From the NCBI GenBank assembly GCA_010093745.1, contig MU005963.1, positions 206,217 to 270,216 of the forward strand: a stretch of DNA of 64,000 nucleotides, read 5' to 3'. The position numbers were made by a program, and so were the translations under genes. Shown one piece after another: positions 60,449 through 64,000 of the stretch. Source of the DNA: Piedraia hortae CBS 480.64. Taxonomy: Eukaryota. Each line of letters starts with the position of its first letter. The stretch's first letter is position 1. A model generated the notes under the pieces. It was not told where the DNA came from. It did not search any database and was given only the letters and a program-made list of their open reading frames with translations.

Positions 60449-61406
60449 ATGTCCAGCTCCAAAGACCCTGCCAACAAGGAAAACAAGCCCAAACACCCTG
60501 CTAACGATGAATACAAGTCTGAAACTCCTGTCAACGATGAAACCAAACCCGATGACTCCAACGACTTAAACCCCCCGTCACTCAACTCGCAAAACCCCCT
60601 CAACTCACCAAGACATCACAGATAGAAGTAATCCTCCATACAGGCCTCATCAAGCTCAACCCCCAAATTGGACGAGAGGACTTCCTCACGAGAGCTTTCT
60701 TCCCGGAGCTCGACAAGCTACCCAAAGAAGAGAAATTGCAAGGCCTCGTGCGCGAGCGCTGGGCCCAATGGCAATCCACCTCCGACAATACATTTCACCA
60801 CCCTGAGATCACATACGGCCTTTCCCAAGACTGCTTCACCAAAGAACAACTCGACCGTCTCCAAACATACATGCAAAACGGCAAAGCCTCACGGTGCACA
60901 GTGAACCAACTCTTCCCCTACGTTGTATGCCAGACCGAGTCCCGCGCCGGTGACATGGAGGCCGCCGATGGAGAGTCGCATTGGCTGCTTCAAGTGCTGT
61001 CCAAGCCATTATCGACCTGTGACATGTTGCTGATCTAAATAACTTAAAGGCGCTTGAAGGGCGGCTGCTCACTTTCAGCATCATCTACGACGTCAAATGT
61101 CTCAAAATTTTTGGTCACCTTTTGTTTTCCGTGGAGGGAGATAAAATTCGTCATTATCGCCACCAGTTGCATGAGAGGACTTTTTGGCAGGATATTGAAG
61201 ATGGTAAGAAGTGGGCTGATGACCCGGAGGATGACTCGAAACCGTTCAAGAGCCAACTACTTGGTTTTCTGCTGGGTTTCATGAAGGGTTTCGGTGAGAT
61301 GCACTTGGAAAGGCCGCACGATCTTGCTGAGAAGTTGCTCAAGGTTGATCCAGTAAAGGATGGCGAGATTAGTTCTAGGTTGAAACTGAAGGAGAGGTAC
61401 CTCTAA
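60449..61406 (+). pseudogene. Frameshifted member of a fungal PD-(D/E)XK-like hypothetical family
   Basis: PEITYGL..DCFT..QL...LFPYVVCQTE...MEAAD, then in another frame FSIIYD...IFGH...HYRHQL. Family assignment is from memory. Confidence 0.45.
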
Positions 61407-62959
61407 TGCAAGAAAAAGAACGAGGATGATGAAGATGACAAGGAACTAGACAAACAAAAGCGGTTCTGGAACGAGTTGATGAGTCTTGCGAAGTTGAAAC
61501 TGGAGGAAAATGTGGGTGCGAAAGGCAACAATGGTGGATATACACACGGGTGAACCTAAAGAGTGAGTACTGGAAGTACTGGTTGCCTGCTAAGCAAGGG
61601 AGAATGCTTTTTGGAGATAAGAAGAGTCGCTGTACTGTCTACACTTCCCAGCCCAGAGATTCCACTGCTTTCAATATATTCCCATCTCCAATGTTTCACC
61701 ATTTCACTTACTATTACATCGTTAATCAATTTCCAAGTTCACAACAAAAATTTAAACATCCGAGAAAAGCAGCGGGATCCAAAAATAATCTCCGACCTCG
61801 AAAACACCGCAAGAAAAGTCCATCAACAATCTACATACAAAGCGGTATAACCCCAGATCTGTTGACCCAGAAAGTGCAGGCCTCGACACCGTAGAACATG
61901 GAGTACTAGCCATCTGACACAAGCCTCCCATCCATCCGTTGACGAAACATCCGTCTATCCACAACAATCCCATTGATCGCCACATCCGAACCCCCCCAAC
62001 ACCATCACACCATACCATAATTCAACAACCTATGGGTGCAGATTTCTCTGGTCAGCCACTGTCTAAATTCAAGAATATGTCACTTCACCGAGCTTGCTGA
62101 TAGCTATGAACAAAAGACTAACATACAGGAGAAACCAGACATATGCCCTCCATAACTTAAGATATTTTAATCCCCCATCCAATCGAACCAAATCCTCCTT
62201 CTCTCGAAGCGTTAAAGCCGTCTTGATCCAGACGAAACGACATTTTTCACAAGATATGCTCGTTTGCGGCTAATTTGTCCACCCGATTGACGTGTATTGG
62301 CGGCTGGATATGTCGAGAGCCGTCTGGCACAGGTGTCCTCCAGGAGCTCAGGGATATTGATGGCATTCAGCCGTTCCTGGAAGTGTTCGTTTCTCCTAGT
62401 CAACGCCAAAAGCTCGTATATTTCGTTTCTTCCCACGTCGCGCCAAACCGTCTAGACCGACGGTGGTGTTGGTTGAACGTGGCATCTCTTCTCTGATGAT
62501 TCGTTCAATGTTTGCGAGTGAGGTTCTTGTTCCACCCAGGGAGAGGATACGATGGTTTGAATGTGTGGCAGGGTTTTGGGCAGTACTCGTTTTCCGCCAG
62601 CGTGAACGGAATGTTTCCATTCAGATTGGGATCCAAGAGGAGCTTGTCCGCCTTATCTTGGTCCTTTGATGACATGCGAGCAACGAGGTGGTTTCGCATG
62701 TCGGGACCTTTCTTGACGATTGGTTCGGGACTCGATGATTGCATCAAAATATTGAGCGTACCGTGACACCATGATCTAATCGTGGAACTTTAGGATATAG
62801 TAGAAAGGAATAAAGCTGTACACCACTATTGATAACAGACAGCAATGTTAAGGCCTCTGCATATAATCTGCATCGTTCATTGTCAGGAGAATGCAACATA
62901 ATGACTCAAAGGAAAGATAAGGGGCCAACCCCGCGAAGTCAAACAACCCCCGTCCGTGG

Positions 62960-63450
62960 GCAGATCAATGCTTTGTGTTCTCTCTCAAAAACTGCCTTCT
63001 AAACGACGGTCTTGCCGAAGACCTTGCTCCACGCCTAGCTTTGGAAAGCCAACTTCCTGGGATTGTTTTTCGTGCTGAACGGTGTCAGCTGCAAGAAGTC
63101 GCCGCACGCGATGACTTGGATACCGCCAAAAACCACGTCGTTTCGGCGAATGACGCGGGCAAGTTCTTCCAGCATCATGAACAATGCACCGTCGATCATG
63201 GAAACCCCGTCTATGACAAGGATCTCCGTAGTCAGCCATTTTCCATGGCCTATCTGCTCCCTTTGATCTTAGCAACAAGACCAGTGACGTCCATATCGCC
63301 GTCACCGCCACGGAGTGCAAGTTTTCCAGTCTCCTCTTGCGACATTTCATGATAATCGCGTTTAGGATTGCCGACTTGCCGGTGCCGGGACCGCCAGTTG
63401 TAAAGACGTTTTCCTTCCTGTCCGTGACATGGCGCATTGCCAGTGCTTTT
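62960..63450 (-). pseudogene. PIF1-family helicase fragment, disrupted
   Basis: Walker A NVFTTGGPGTGKS. After a frameshift: WLTTEILVIDGVSMIDG (Walker B E to G), RRNDVVFGGIQVIACGDFLQLTP, then AFQS*AW...V*KAVF with two TAG stops. Confidence 0.75.
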
Positions 63451-64000
63451 TTACTGCTTAGTCTGAGACAGAATTTCCTCTGCAGCGTTCGTGTGCGCCG
63501 AAGAGCCCCATGGGGCCACTTGTCAAACATGTCGTCCAGCACTTGGACCAGGGGTGCGGTGGAATAGACACACACCGTATGACAAAGAGGGAAGCGGACG
63601 AGGTCAGGATTGAGGGCTGACCATGGCGTAGCCCTTCATCTTCGGGCCAACGGCCACGAAGTGGTGGCCAGATCGATGGAACGTGGCCTATAGTCCCCGA
63701 TTATCAGTTTCACGCCAATATGCCAGGCTAAGGCTTATCTTTCGGGGCAGATCGGCGAACTTGAATGGCCATGCTTCAATGGAGTTCCACCGCTTTCCTT
63801 TGACAGAAATGAGCCCGTCGTTCCAGGAGACAGCGTTCATCTGGGTAGGGCCACAGTCCTTGGCCTCGACGAGCTCCCGAGTCGAATGTGATGTCTGCAG
63901 ATATTGGTGAAAGCCATTCTCCAAGAGCGTTCCATCCTCAGCCATCAGACACCATTACGTGCAGCGCCAGGCTCTCAGGATATCCTCTTGCGGGACACAG

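Noticed and set aside
41700..64000. Starship-type giant element
   Set aside because: No tyrosine recombinase captain or boundary motif is visible, and core MSH2 and a tRNA lie inside the region.

Overview
Eukaryotic DNA from a filamentous ascomycete (Pezizomycotina) with a compact genome and short GT-AG introns, mostly 43-62 nt. A Dothideomycete origin is my tentative guess, not established. Bases 1-41.6 kb are a dense block of core genes: UTP20, stuA, SRC1/HEH1, a RING-ankyrin gene, a DDHD phospholipase, a thioesterase, RPL42, an RWD protein, a Fus3/Kss1-type MAPK, MPE1, an NDR-like kinase, HIS7, IMP3, ERV1, elongin A, RBL2 and MCM4. The ~7 kb upstream of stuA is gene-free and holds a ~2.7 kb degenerate two-unit repeat array. 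Bases 41.7-64 kb are mostly decayed accessory DNA (transposase relics, a solo LTR, F-box/LRR-like paralogs, a PIF1-like pseudogene) around an intact MSH2 and a tRNA-Ala(AGC). The standout observation is the otherwise intact 957-codon NDR/PUK1-like kinase gene. It has one in-frame TAG exactly at the first Trp of the conserved D-W-W-S motif, in a predicted hairpin loop. This is the signature of premature-stop correction by A-to-I mRNA editing (UAG to UIG, read as Trp), known for PUK1/stk-21 in Sordariomycete sexual development. All calls are by eye; no searches were run.
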